Below are positions 17,656-26,756 of a stretch of DNA of 41,798 nucleotides, piece after piece. Source of the stretch: a virus. Its lineage: Duplodnaviria; Caudoviricetes. Under the pieces are notes generated by a model. That model ran no database searches. It was not told where the DNA came from and worked only from the letters and a program-made list of their open reading frames with translations. Both the position numbers and the translations under genes were made by a program. Within the stretch, counting starts at the first letter, position 1. Each line of letters opens with the position of its first letter. The stretch spans positions 1-41,798 of IMG/VR virus record IMGVR_UViG_3300048599_000900; one strand, given 5' to 3'.

Positions 17656-18149
17656 ACGCCATGACCAGCCGCGACCGCATCGACCCGACCCCGGAAACGC
17701 TGGCGAAGCTGCGCGCCGACGCGGTGTTGAAGCTCTACGAGAGCGGACGCCTGAACCGGGAGCAGGTGCAGGCCGCCGAGGACATCCGGGAGGTGTGGGC
17801 CTCGTTCAGTCGCGCGATGTATCCGGCGCGGGTGTTCGACGGCACGCAGGATTGCAAGGTGGTGGGGCGCGTCGTTAGCTCGCCGCTCGACCGCATGACG
17901 GCGCGCGAGTACCGGGTGTGGCGCACCATCTACCGGCCGTGGGCGGACGATCAGGCGCGCCGCTCGCACGGCTCCGGGCAGGTGACGCGGCTGTCGATCG
18001 TCACCAAACTGGTGGTCGAGAACTGGGGTCCGCGCCAGCTCGAAGCGCGGCACCGCCTGCGGCACGGGACCGTGGTTCCGATCCTGCAGGAGGCGCTCTC
18101 GCGCTACGGAGAATTCGCCGGATGGATCATGGAAAAACGTCCCGCTTGA
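17652..18149 (+). CDS. Putative late regulator / Q-like antiterminator
   Basis: Last early gene, C-terminal HTH-like segment, immediately followed by a promoter and terminators. Confidence 0.5.
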   Translation: MNAMTSRDRIDPTPETLAKLRADAVLKLYESGRLNREQVQAAEDIREVWASFSRAMYPARVFDGTQDCKVVGRVVSSPLDRMTAREYRVWRTIYRPWADDQARRSHGSGQVTRLSIVTKLVVENWGPRQLEARHRLRHGTVVPILQEALSRYGEFAGWIMEKRPA

Positions 18150-18174
18150 CGCGGGGACGGAATAACGGCATTTT
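18146..18174 (+). promoter_or_regulatory. Putative late promoter
   Basis: TTGACG-N17-CATTTT. Confidence 0.55.
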
Positions 18175-18201
18175 TTCCCAAGTTACGGTCCTGTGCCCGG
18201 A

Positions 18202-18253
18202 GCCTTCCGAGGCGCTTTTTTCATGCCCGCCCGCATCCGCCGGCGGGTTTTTT
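18202..18253 (+). terminator. Two tandem intrinsic terminators
   Basis: GCCT-TCCG-AGGC-GC-T6 and CCCGCC-N10-GGCGGG-T6. Confidence 0.7.
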
Positions 18254-18291
18254 CATGGCCGAACCCCAAGCCAGCCTTCGAGGTCGCAGCC

Positions 18292-18852
18292 ATGCCCGGA
18301 GAGCGAATCCGCTGGACGTTGCGCGAGGACAGGCTGCTTGTCCGGCTGCGCTGCGAGGGGATCGAGCGCGACATGATCGCCGAGGCCCTGGGCAAGGAGC
18401 CGAACCAGGTCTCCTGCCGCAGCAACCGGCTGCGCGTGCTCGGCATCCTCGAAACCATCTCGCCCCGCGTGCGCCTGTGGCGGCTGCGCGACGGCGGCAT
18501 GGAACGCCTCGGCATCCTGCACGCCCGCACCACGCCCGAGCAGCCGTCCCACGACACGGTGGCCGAGCTGTTCCAGGAAGGGCTCGGGCATCGCGCGATC
18601 GCCGAGAAGATCGGCGTCTCACCGGTGAAGGTGCGCCGCGTCCTCGCCGAGCTGCGCCAGGAAGGCGAGATCGGCTACGAGCGCCGCCCGTGGACGGACG
18701 AGGAGCGGACGGAGCTGGCGGCGCTGTTCTACGGCGGCACCGGGGACGCGCACATCGCCATCAAGCTGGGGCGATCGGCGCACGCGGTGATCTGCCAGCG
18801 CAAGGAGATGGGGCTTCACCGGGGCGAGAAGGGGGTGCCGCTGTGGTCGTGA
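18292..18852 (+). CDS. Tandem-HTH protein with GcrA N-terminal / Myb-like repeats
   Basis: WTLREDRLL...G....IAEALG; central IAEKIGVS; WTDEERTEL...G....IAIKLGRS..AVI. Confidence 0.7.
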   Translation: MPGERIRWTLREDRLLVRLRCEGIERDMIAEALGKEPNQVSCRSNRLRVLGILETISPRVRLWRLRDGGMERLGILHARTTPEQPSHDTVAELFQEGLGHRAIAEKIGVSPVKVRRVLAELRQEGEIGYERRPWTDEERTELAALFYGGTGDAHIAIKLGRSAHAVICQRKEMGLHRGEKGVPLWS

Positions 18853-19190
18853 CGCCGTTCTTCACCACCGAGAAGGCGTGGTTCTGGGCGGTCGCGGTCT
18901 GGCAGTTCAAGGCGAACCCGAAGGGGCCGGAACCGCGCCTCCCCAGGGTCGATCGCCCGTGCGAATACACCGATATCCTGCGCGAGGCGGCCCGCCTCGG
19001 CCTCACCCAACGGGCGGTTCAGGTCATGGTCGAGTACGGCAGGCAGGGACGGCCGCCGGGGCGCAAGGCTCCCGAGCACGACCGCCGCCTGTGGGCCGAC
19101 GCCATGGACCGCCTGCACACCAAGCTGCGCGCGAAGCGCATCGTCGTTCCCGCCGTCGAGTGGGCCGACGCCCTGGAAGGGAACGTCTGA
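18849..19190 (+). CDS. Conserved hypothetical protein
   Basis: PF...EKAWFW, RPCE..DI, LW.DAM.RL; GTGA coupling. Confidence 0.65.
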   Translation: MTPFFTTEKAWFWAVAVWQFKANPKGPEPRLPRVDRPCEYTDILREAARLGLTQRAVQVMVEYGRQGRPPGRKAPEHDRRLWADAMDRLHTKLRAKRIVVPAVEWADALEGNV

Positions 19191-19191
19191 T

Positions 19192-19587
19192 GTGGCGGAA
19201 GGACCCGACAAGGCCATCTGCGGCGCGAAGACGCGGAGCGGCGCGCCCTGCCGCGCGCGACCGATGCCGAACGGCCGCTGCCGCATGCACGGTGGCGCCT
19301 CGACCGGCGCGCCGAAAGGGAACACCAACGCGCTGAAGCACGGCATCTACTCGGACGCGATCCGCGAGGACGAGCGCCCGCTGTGGGATCGCATCGAACT
19401 CGGCGGGGTGGACGACGAATTGCGCCTCGCCCGCCTGCAGCTCCGCCGCGCGGTGAAGGAGGACAAGGCGGAGATCGCGCAGAAGCTCCTCGGCCGGATC
19501 GCGCAGCTTGAGATGCTTCGCCAGCAGCTCGCGGAGAAGGGCGGCAGCGGGCAGGCGCACGAGGCCGCGATCGAGGACTTGGCATGA
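19192..19587 (+). CDS. HGGxSTG-motif protein, probable terminase small subunit
   Basis: CGAKTRSG.PC...NGRCRMHGGASTG..KGNTNALKHG, upstream of terL. Confidence 0.85.
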   Translation: MAEGPDKAICGAKTRSGAPCRARPMPNGRCRMHGGASTGAPKGNTNALKHGIYSDAIREDERPLWDRIELGGVDDELRLARLQLRRAVKEDKAEIAQKLLGRIAQLEMLRQQLAEKGGSGQAHEAAIEDLA

Positions 19588-21143
19588 TGGACGAGAGCGA
19601 GCGTCGCATCCGCCAGCGGCTCAAGGACGACTTCCCGCACTACGCTGAGAAGTGCCTGCGCATCCGCACCAAGACGGCCGGGTTGAAGCCCCTCCTCCTC
19701 AACCGCGAGCAGGCCTACGTGCACGAGCGCCTGGAGGAGCAGCGGCGCGCCACCGGCCGGGTGCGGGCCCTGATCCTGAAGGCGCGCCAGACCGGCCTCT
19801 CCACCTACGTGGCGGCGCGCGGCTACCACTTCACCACCCACCGCAAGGGGGTGCGGGCCTTCCTGCTGACCCACCGGCAGGACGCCACCGACAATCTCTT
19901 CGGCATGGTCGCCCGCTACCACAAGCACTGTCCGAAACCGGTGAAACCGGCGGTCGGCAAGGCCAACGCCAAGGAGCTGAACTTCAGCCTGCTGGACTCC
20001 GGCTATCGCGTCAGCACCGCCGGGGCGAAGGAGACCGGCCGTTCGGAGACGGTGCAGTTCTTCCACGGCTCCGAGGTGGCCTTCTGGGCCCACGCCGACG
20101 CCCACGTCGCGGGCGCGCTCAACGCGGTGCCCGAGGCCGACGACACCGAGGTGATCCTCGAATCCACCGCCAACGGCATGGCCGGGGTGTTCTACGAGAT
20201 GTGCATGGAGGCCGAGAAGGGCCTCGGCGCGTTCCAGCTCATCTTCCTGCCGTGGTTCTGGCACGAGGAGTACCGCCGTACGCCGCCCGAGGGCTGGGCC
20301 GCGCCGCCGAAGTGGGGCGAGTACGGCGAGCTGCACGGACTGGCGCCGGATCAGCTCTTCTGGGCGATCGAGAAGAACCGCACCCTGGTGAAGGGCACCG
20401 GCGACGACCCCGACGAGGGGCCGGGGTGGAAGTTCAAGCAGGAGTACCCGGCGACCGCCGCCGAGGCGTTCCAGACCTCCGGCGCCCATGCTTTGGTCAA
20501 GTCCGAACTGGTGATGAAGGCCCGCCGGGCCCGCCTGCCGGAGCCGGGCGACGACGCGCCGGTGATCCTCGGTCTCGACGTGGCGCGCGGCGGCGGGGAC
20601 CTGTCGTGGATGATCGACCGCCGCCGTCGGGTGCTCGGCAGGCTGATCAACGAGCGCCGGAACACCGAAGACACGATGGAAATCGTGGGGTGGACGGCGC
20701 AGACGATCGACCGCCTCAAGGCGGATATGTGCTTCATCGATTCCGGCGGCAACGGCGCGGCGATCTACGACCGCCTCGTCGAACTCGGCTACGGCGACCG
20801 GCTCACCCTCGTGAACTTCGGCCAGAAGGCGAGCGACCCCGAGCGGTTCGCAAACAAGCGCGCCGAGATGTGGGTGCTGATGCGCGACTGGTTCGCCGAC
20901 GAGGGCGGTGCCGACATGCCCGACGACGACCTGTTGCACCGGCACATCTGCGGGCCTGGGTACAAGGAAGATTCCAACGAGCGGACGATCCTGGAGAAGA
21001 AGGAGGCGATCAAGACCCGCCTCGGCTTCTCGCCCGACGGCGGCGACGCCGCCGCCCTGACGTTCGCCTTCCCGGTGCAGAAGTACCGCTCCTGGAGCGG
21101 CGCCGACACCGCCGAGAACGAGTACGACATCCTGAACCACTGA
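19584..21143 (+). CDS. terL: Terminase large subunit
   Basis: ILKARQTGLST, HGSEVAFW, ESTANG, GLDVARGG.D, SPDGGDA. Confidence 0.95.
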   Translation: MMDESERRIRQRLKDDFPHYAEKCLRIRTKTAGLKPLLLNREQAYVHERLEEQRRATGRVRALILKARQTGLSTYVAARGYHFTTHRKGVRAFLLTHRQDATDNLFGMVARYHKHCPKPVKPAVGKANAKELNFSLLDSGYRVSTAGAKETGRSETVQFFHGSEVAFWAHADAHVAGALNAVPEADDTEVILESTANGMAGVFYEMCMEAEKGLGAFQLIFLPWFWHEEYRRTPPEGWAAPPKWGEYGELHGLAPDQLFWAIEKNRTLVKGTGDDPDEGPGWKFKQEYPATAAEAFQTSGAHALVKSELVMKARRARLPEPGDDAPVILGLDVARGGGDLSWMIDRRRRVLGRLINERRNTEDTMEIVGWTAQTIDRLKADMCFIDSGGNGAAIYDRLVELGYGDRLTLVNFGQKASDPERFANKRAEMWVLMRDWFADEGGADMPDDDLLHRHICGPGYKEDSNERTILEKKEAIKTRLGFSPDGGDAAALTFAFPVQKYRSWSGADTAENEYDILNH

Positions 21144-21156
21144 AAGGAGCAAGCCG

Positions 21157-21366
21157 ATGGGAGCTTTGTTCTCGTCGCCCTCGACGCCCACCATCTCGTC
21201 GCCGCCGGTGACCGCGACGACCACCGACCAGGAGGCGGACGCCGCCGCCGAGCGCGAGCGCAAGCGCGCCCTCGCCGCCACCGGGCGCAGCTCGACCGTG
21301 CTCACCAGCGGCCTCGGCGTCACCGATCAGGCGCCGCTCGAAAAGAAGACCCTCCTGGGAGGCTGA
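21157..21366 (+). CDS. Small virion-associated protein
   Basis: GRSSTVLT...KKTLLGG pattern typical of the gene preceding the portal in podophages. Confidence 0.75.
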   Translation: MGALFSSPSTPTISSPPVTATTTDQEADAAAERERKRALAATGRSSTVLTSGLGVTDQAPLEKKTLLGG

Positions 21367-21372
21367 CCAGCC

Positions 21373-22986
21373 ATGGCCGACGCCCTCGCCGACGACCTCA
21401 TCAAGCGACAGAGCGACCTCGCGCAGATGCGCAGCGAGTGGGAGCCCGACTGGCAGGATGCGACGATCTACGTCATCCCGCAGGAGGCGTTCTCCTTCGG
21501 CATCTCGCCGCGCGGCCGCACCCGCTCCCAGGTGGTGGACGACACTGCCAAGGATTGCCTCGACAATCTGGTCGCGGGGCTGGAAGGCCTGCTGTGGGGC
21601 GACCGCGCCTACGAGGTGCGGACCAAGCGCGAGAGCATGATGCGCGACGAGGGCCTCAAGGCGTGGTGCGAGGAGGCGACGCGGGTCCTGAACGGCTCCC
21701 TCGCCAATCCCCGCGCCGGGTTCTCGCCGGAACGCCAGAAGGCGCTGCGCAGCATCGGCGGCCTCGGAACCGGCTGCCTCTATTCCGAGGACAACCCCGG
21801 CCGCCATCTGGTGTTCCGGTCGATCCCGCTGGCGCAGCTCACGGTGGCCGAGGATTCGAGCGGCGTGGTGGACACGGTGTTCCGGCGGTTCAGCATGTCC
21901 GCCCGGCAGGCGGCGCAGAAGTTCGGCGAGCAGGCCCTTTCCGACCAGGCGCGGCGCATCCTCGAGAAGGAGCCGTACAGCAAGATCGAGTTCCTCCACG
22001 CGGTGTTCCCGCGCGGGGACTACGACGGGGAGCGACGCGACCGCCTGAACCTGCCGTTCGCCGACCACTACGTCGAGTTCGACACCCGGCACCACGTCTC
22101 CGAGGGCGGCTATCACGAGATGCCCTATCACGTCGGCCGCTGGGACGGGGTGCACGAAACCCCCTACGGCTGGTGCCCGACCATGAACGTCATGGACGAG
22201 ATCAAGCGCGTCAACACGATGGGGCGGACCAACCTCAAGGCCGGGCACTCGACCGCCGAACCGGCGCTCTACATCCGCAACGGCCTGTTCAAGGGCAAGC
22301 CCCTCGATCGGCGCCCGAACTCGGTGAACTACTACACCCCCGATCGCGGCGAGAACACCGAGGTGCGCGCGCTGCCCGGCCCCAACGGCCTCCCGGTGAC
22401 CCTCGAAATGGAGCAGGACCGCCGCGAGTTCATCCGCGCCGCCTTCTACTACTACCTTCTCCAGATCCCGCAGAACCCGCAGATGACCGCCACCGAGTGG
22501 CTCGGTCGGGTGCAGGAGATGATGCGGCGCATGGGGAGGCCGGTCGGGAACATCCAGACCGAGGTGGCGCAGCCCGCAGGCGAGCGCGCCTTCAGCGTGC
22601 TGCTGCGCGCCGGGGCGATCAGCCCGCCGCCCGCGCCGCTCACCCGCGAGGACGTGACGGCCGAGTTCCTCTCGCCCCTCAAGCGGGCGCAGCGCGCCGC
22701 CGAGGCCGAGGGCACGCTGCGCACCGTGCAGGGGATCGGCGCGATCGCCGGGCTCGACCCCAGCGTCGGGAAAATCCTCAACGGCGAGAAGGCGGTTCGC
22801 CATCTGCGCGAGGCCAACGGTGCGCCCGCCGACATCCTGCGCAGCGAACGCGAGATGCGGGCGCAGCGCGAGCAGGACGCCCAGGCGGCTGCGATGCAGA
22901 ACATGGCCTCGCTCGCCGAGCAGGGCGCCGGGATCGTGCACGACTTGTCGGAGGCCGCGAGCAATGCGCCTGTTCCGCAGTATTAG
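21373..22986 (+). CDS. Portal (head-to-tail connector, T7/BPP-1 type)
   Basis: VDTVFRRF, MPY.V.RW....TPYG.CP, MTATE, FLSPL..AQR. Confidence 0.93.
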   Translation: MADALADDLIKRQSDLAQMRSEWEPDWQDATIYVIPQEAFSFGISPRGRTRSQVVDDTAKDCLDNLVAGLEGLLWGDRAYEVRTKRESMMRDEGLKAWCEEATRVLNGSLANPRAGFSPERQKALRSIGGLGTGCLYSEDNPGRHLVFRSIPLAQLTVAEDSSGVVDTVFRRFSMSARQAAQKFGEQALSDQARRILEKEPYSKIEFLHAVFPRGDYDGERRDRLNLPFADHYVEFDTRHHVSEGGYHEMPYHVGRWDGVHETPYGWCPTMNVMDEIKRVNTMGRTNLKAGHSTAEPALYIRNGLFKGKPLDRRPNSVNYYTPDRGENTEVRALPGPNGLPVTLEMEQDRREFIRAAFYYYLLQIPQNPQMTATEWLGRVQEMMRRMGRPVGNIQTEVAQPAGERAFSVLLRAGAISPPPAPLTREDVTAEFLSPLKRAQRAAEAEGTLRTVQGIGAIAGLDPSVGKILNGEKAVRHLREANGAPADILRSEREMRAQREQDAQAAAMQNMASLAEQGAGIVHDLSEAASNAPVPQY

Positions 22987-23245
22987 CGGTGCCGTCGCGC
23001 ACCTCAACCGCCGCCGCCAGCTCTTCCGCGCGGCGTTCGCCAGCAAGGAAGGGCGGCCGGTGCTGCTCGACCTCGCGCGTTTCTGCGGGGCCTTCGACAC
23101 CTCGTACTCGCCGAGCGACAGCCACGAGACCGCCTTCCGCGAGGGAATGCGGAACGTCTGGCTGTACATCGTGCGCCAGCTCGAAATGACCGACGCGGAG
23201 GTGATCGAGTTGGCCAGAACCATGACCGAGGAGGATGATCAATGA
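22964..23245 (+). CDS. Bbp19-like protein
   Basis: F.S.EGR.VL.DL..FC......TAFREG.R.V.L.I, between portal and scaffold. Confidence 0.8.
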   Translation: MRLFRSISGAVAHLNRRRQLFRAAFASKEGRPVLLDLARFCGAFDTSYSPSDSHETAFREGMRNVWLYIVRQLEMTDAEVIELARTMTEEDDQ

Positions 23246-24216
23246 CCGATACCGCCACCGCCGCCCCCGGCGCGGGCACCTCCGGCGCCGACGCGGGTGC
23301 GTCCGCCGCGCAGGGCCAGGAGCAGCAGGCCGCGAAGACCACCACCACCGAGAGCGCCGCTTCCGGCGGCACGGTTCTCGGAGGCTCCGGCACCGCCGAC
23401 CGCAAGGGCGGCGCGGGCGCCGACGCGGGTGCGGCTTCCGGCGACTGGACGGCGAGCCTGCCCGAGGACATGCGTGCCCTGGTCAAGGCGAAGGGCTGGA
23501 AGGGCATGGACGACGTGCTCGGCTCCTACGCCAACCTGGAGCGCGTGCTCGGCGGCGAAAAGCTGGTCGTCCCCGGCAAGGACGCGAAGCCCGAGGACTG
23601 GGAGCCGGTCTACGACAAGCTCGGGCGGCCGAAGGACCCGAAGGACTACAAGATCGAGCGGCCGAAGGAGCTGCCGCAGGACTTCCCCTACAACGCCAAC
23701 ATCGTGGAATCCTTCCGCCCGGTCGCCCACAAGCTCGGCCTCACCAACGCCCAGGCTCAGGGGCTGCACGACTGGGTTGTCGCCCAGAACATTCAGCAGC
23801 ACGTCGAGGGCACGCAGGAGAGGGCCAAGGCCAACGAGCAGAACCTCGCCGCCCTGAAGAAGGAATGGGGCAAGGACTTCGACCAGAAGTCGGCGCTCGC
23901 GGCGCGCGCGGTGCGCGCGTTCGGCAGCGATGCCCTGTCCGCGTGGTTCGACAAGACCGGCCTCGGCGACGACGCGAACTTCATCCGCCTGTTCTCCAAC
24001 ATCGGCTCGGCGATGGGCGAATCCCGCATCGTCACCGGCCAGGGCGGCGGCAAGCTGCTCGGCGGCCCGGCCCAGGCTCAGGCGGAAATCGACCGCCTCA
24101 CCGCCGACAAGGCCTTCATGGCGGACCTCACCGGAGACAACGGCTCCGTCGCCAAGAAGATGGCCCAGGAGAAGTGGGACCGCCTCAACTCCGCTGCCGC
24201 CGGCGACGGCGAATAA
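23242..24216 (+). CDS. Capsid scaffolding protein
   Basis: Low-complexity N-terminus, KLGRP....Y, GLT..QAQ, LKKEWG; upstream of the capsid gene. Confidence 0.85.
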   Translation: MTDTATAAPGAGTSGADAGASAAQGQEQQAAKTTTTESAASGGTVLGGSGTADRKGGAGADAGAASGDWTASLPEDMRALVKAKGWKGMDDVLGSYANLERVLGGEKLVVPGKDAKPEDWEPVYDKLGRPKDPKDYKIERPKELPQDFPYNANIVESFRPVAHKLGLTNAQAQGLHDWVVAQNIQQHVEGTQERAKANEQNLAALKKEWGKDFDQKSALAARAVRAFGSDALSAWFDKTGLGDDANFIRLFSNIGSAMGESRIVTGQGGGKLLGGPAQAQAEIDRLTADKAFMADLTGDNGSVAKKMAQEKWDRLNSAAAGDGE

Positions 24217-24362
24217 CCCGTCATCTCCCCGGATAACCGCCCCGCGCGGGCGGCCCGGTCCCGGCATCCGGCCGGGCGCCGCTGGTGGGCGATTCCACCA
24301 CGCTCAGGGTCCGCCGCCCGGCGGGCAACCCCTTCAGACCCTCCAACATCATGGGGAAAACC

Positions 24363-25280
24363 ATGGCGACCGACATTGAAGTCCACAAGCGCCGGGTGGC
24401 CTACAACAACACCCTGCGCATCGCCCTCCAGCAGGAGGATACGCGGCTGTGGGACAAGTGCGATTCCTTCGACCTCGATGCCGAACTCGGCCTCGCGTTC
24501 GACGAGATCGCGCCCACGGCCATGGTGAAGCTCACCGGCAAGCTCCAGCCGACCCCGAACCTCGGCATGGACTACAGCCGCCGGTGGCTCTCGTCCGAGC
24601 CCTACGTCTGGGCCCACGCCTGGGACAAGTTCGATCAGACCAAGGTGCTGACCAACGTCAACTCCTCGCTGATCCGCTCGGCCAAGGCCGCCGCCAACCG
24701 CACGAAGGACCTCTCGATCGCGAAGGCGTTCTTCGCCGACGTGCCGCGCGGCATGGATAAGCCCGGCGACGACGGCTACGCCTCGTTCCCGGCCTCTCAG
24801 GTGGTCGGCGTCAACGTCGGCCACGCCGACTGGGACCCGGTGACCAAGGCGGGCGGCAGCGCCACCGGCATGAACATGGCCAAGCTCAAGCTGGCCCTGG
24901 TCACCATGGTGGGGAACGAGGCCCCGAACGACCCGGTGTTCTGCGGCATCACCGCCGCGCAGCTCGGCAACCTGCTGTTCGACGACCAGTTCACCAACAA
25001 GGACTGGATTCTCGGCCAGTTCAACGAACGCGGCGAGGTCAAGTTCCTCAACTGGACCTTCGTCAACTATCAGGGCCTGGAGGTGGACGCCAGCGGCTAC
25101 CGCCGGGTGCCGGTGTGGATGAAATCCGGCATGCGCCGGGCCGTGGTCAAGGACCTCGAAACCAAGCTCGATCAGCGTTCCGACCTGAACTACGCCTGGC
25201 AGGCGTGGGCCGGGCTGGACATCGGCGCCGCCCGCGCGGACGACAAGCTGGTGGTCGAGATCAAGTGCGCCGAAGCGTGA
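24363..25280 (+). CDS. Major capsid protein
   Basis: Position; LQQ..TRL, AA.NR.KD, C-terminal GA.R..D..VVEI.C pattern. Confidence 0.88.
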   Translation: MATDIEVHKRRVAYNNTLRIALQQEDTRLWDKCDSFDLDAELGLAFDEIAPTAMVKLTGKLQPTPNLGMDYSRRWLSSEPYVWAHAWDKFDQTKVLTNVNSSLIRSAKAAANRTKDLSIAKAFFADVPRGMDKPGDDGYASFPASQVVGVNVGHADWDPVTKAGGSATGMNMAKLKLALVTMVGNEAPNDPVFCGITAAQLGNLLFDDQFTNKDWILGQFNERGEVKFLNWTFVNYQGLEVDASGYRRVPVWMKSGMRRAVVKDLETKLDQRSDLNYAWQAWAGLDIGAARADDKLVVEIKCAEA

Positions 25281-25291
25281 GCGGGGCGCCC

Positions 25292-25561
25292 ATGACCAAG
25301 ACGAGAAAGCCCGCCCCGGTCGCCCCGGCGCCCGAGGCCCCGGTGGCGGAGCCGCAGGCGCCCGCCGCCGAATCCGACATCAACCAGGACCCCGCCCCGG
25401 TCGCCCCGGCGCCCGAGGCCCCGGTGGCGGAGCCGCAGGCGCCCGCCGCCGAATCCGACATCAACCAGGACCCCGCCCCGGTCGCCCCGGCGCCCGAAAC
25501 CTCCGGCAACGTGATCGGCTTCGACCACGGCGTCGGGGGCGCGGTCCTCCGTCTGTCCTGA
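25292..25561 (+). CDS. Pro/Ala-rich repeat protein
   Basis: 27-aa tandem repeat between capsid and decoration genes. Confidence 0.6.
   Translation: MTKTRKPAPVAPAPEAPVAEPQAPAAESDINQDPAPVAPAPEAPVAEPQAPAAESDINQDPAPVAPAPETSGNVIGFDHGVGGAVLRLS
25310..25497 (+). repeat. Exact 81-bp tandem repeat, ~2.3 copies
   Basis: Units start at 25310, 25391 and 25472. Confidence 0.95.
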
Positions 25562-25615
25562 CCTTCAGGGGATGGGTTCGCGCCCGTCCCCCTCTTCCCA
25601 TAGGGAGTTCCCCAC

Positions 25616-26074
25616 ATGGCTGTGACCAACCAGAAGAGCACGCAGCTCACCCGCGAGGAGAGCTACGCTGCGGGCCGCAACTCGCCCATCGACGCGCGCG
25701 GCGAGGTGCGGATGCTCGCCTTCGACTTCGCGCAGTCGGGCGCGGGCGACGCCACGTCCACCGCCCGCCTGTTCAAGCTGCCGGCGGGCTCCGTCCGCCT
25801 GCTGGAAGTGCGTCTCGTCAACGACGCCCTCGGCGCGAGCCGCGTCCTCGACCTTGGGTACGAGGGCTACGCCAACGCCTCGGGTTCCGCCATCGTCGCC
25901 GATCCGGATGCCTTCGCCGCCGCGCTCAACGTCGCCGCCGCCGCGACCAACATCGTGGCGGTGAACAAGACGTTCGCCAGCCGCGATGGCGTCGTCGTGG
26001 CGGCCAAGGTGACCGGCGGCACCATCCCCGACGCCGCGAAGCTCACCGGCTACGCGCTCTACGTCGGCGGCTGA
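25616..26074 (+). CDS. Capsid decoration/cement protein (Bbp16-like position)
   Basis: 152-aa beta-rich protein after the capsid gene. Confidence 0.6.
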   Translation: MAVTNQKSTQLTREESYAAGRNSPIDARGEVRMLAFDFAQSGAGDATSTARLFKLPAGSVRLLEVRLVNDALGASRVLDLGYEGYANASGSAIVADPDAFAAALNVAAAATNIVAVNKTFASRDGVVVAAKVTGGTIPDAAKLTGYALYVGG

Positions 26075-26158
26075 TCCGTCTCCGCGACGGCAGCCACCCG
26101 GCGGGCCGGGTGTTCCTCCTTGGCCCGGCCCGCCATCCCAGATCCTCACGAGGTCAGC

Positions 26159-26752
26159 ATGAGCATCACCCCGGTCGATGTGTGCAACATCGCGCTGTTG
26201 AGCCTGGGCGAGCGCCCGATCAGCAGCTTCGACGAGGGCACCCTTTCCGCCAAGATGTGCAGCGCGAACTTCGCCATGGCGATGCGCATGGTGCTTCAGG
26301 CATTCCCCTGGAACTGCGCCACCGCCCGCGCCCGGCTCGCCCGGCTCACCGCCACCCCGGCGTTCGGCTTCTCCTACGCCTACCAGCTCCCGTCCGACTG
26401 CCTGTTCATCCAGAGCGTGAACCTCGACGACGCCTGGCGCCGCGAGGGCGACAAGCTGCTCACCGACACCGAAAGCGGCGTCGATATCGTCTACACGGCG
26501 GACCTCACCGTGGGCGGCGACGGACGCAATCCGATTTCCGGCGGCTCGCGCCTCGGCATCGATTCCCTCTGCGCCAACGCGGTGGCCTACCGCCTCGGCT
26601 ACATGATCGGCGAAAAGCTCACCGGCAGCGGCACCCGCGCGCAGGCGATGTTCGAACTCTACAAGGACGCCCTGATCGAGGCGAAGGGCGTGGACGCGAT
26701 GCAGGGCACGCCCAGCGTGATCGACGGCTCCTCGTGGGTGGACGTGGAGTAG
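26159..26752 (+). CDS. Tail tubular protein A / adaptor
   Basis: VDVCNIALLSLGE..I.S, PWNCA, Y.YQLPSDCL. Confidence 0.85.
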   Translation: MSITPVDVCNIALLSLGERPISSFDEGTLSAKMCSANFAMAMRMVLQAFPWNCATARARLARLTATPAFGFSYAYQLPSDCLFIQSVNLDDAWRREGDKLLTDTESGVDIVYTADLTVGGDGRNPISGGSRLGIDSLCANAVAYRLGYMIGEKLTGSGTRAQAMFELYKDALIEAKGVDAMQGTPSVIDGSSWVDVE

Positions 26753-26756
26753 ACCG

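Noticed and set aside
25310-25497. Possible CRISPR array
   Set aside because: Contiguous in-frame tandem repeats with no spacers; no cas genes. The nuclease at 7319 is a recT partner.
25115-25561. T7 10B-like -1 frameshift extension of the capsid into the repeat ORF
   Set aside because: The -1 frame is open, but no slippery heptamer is visible and open frames are common at this GC content.
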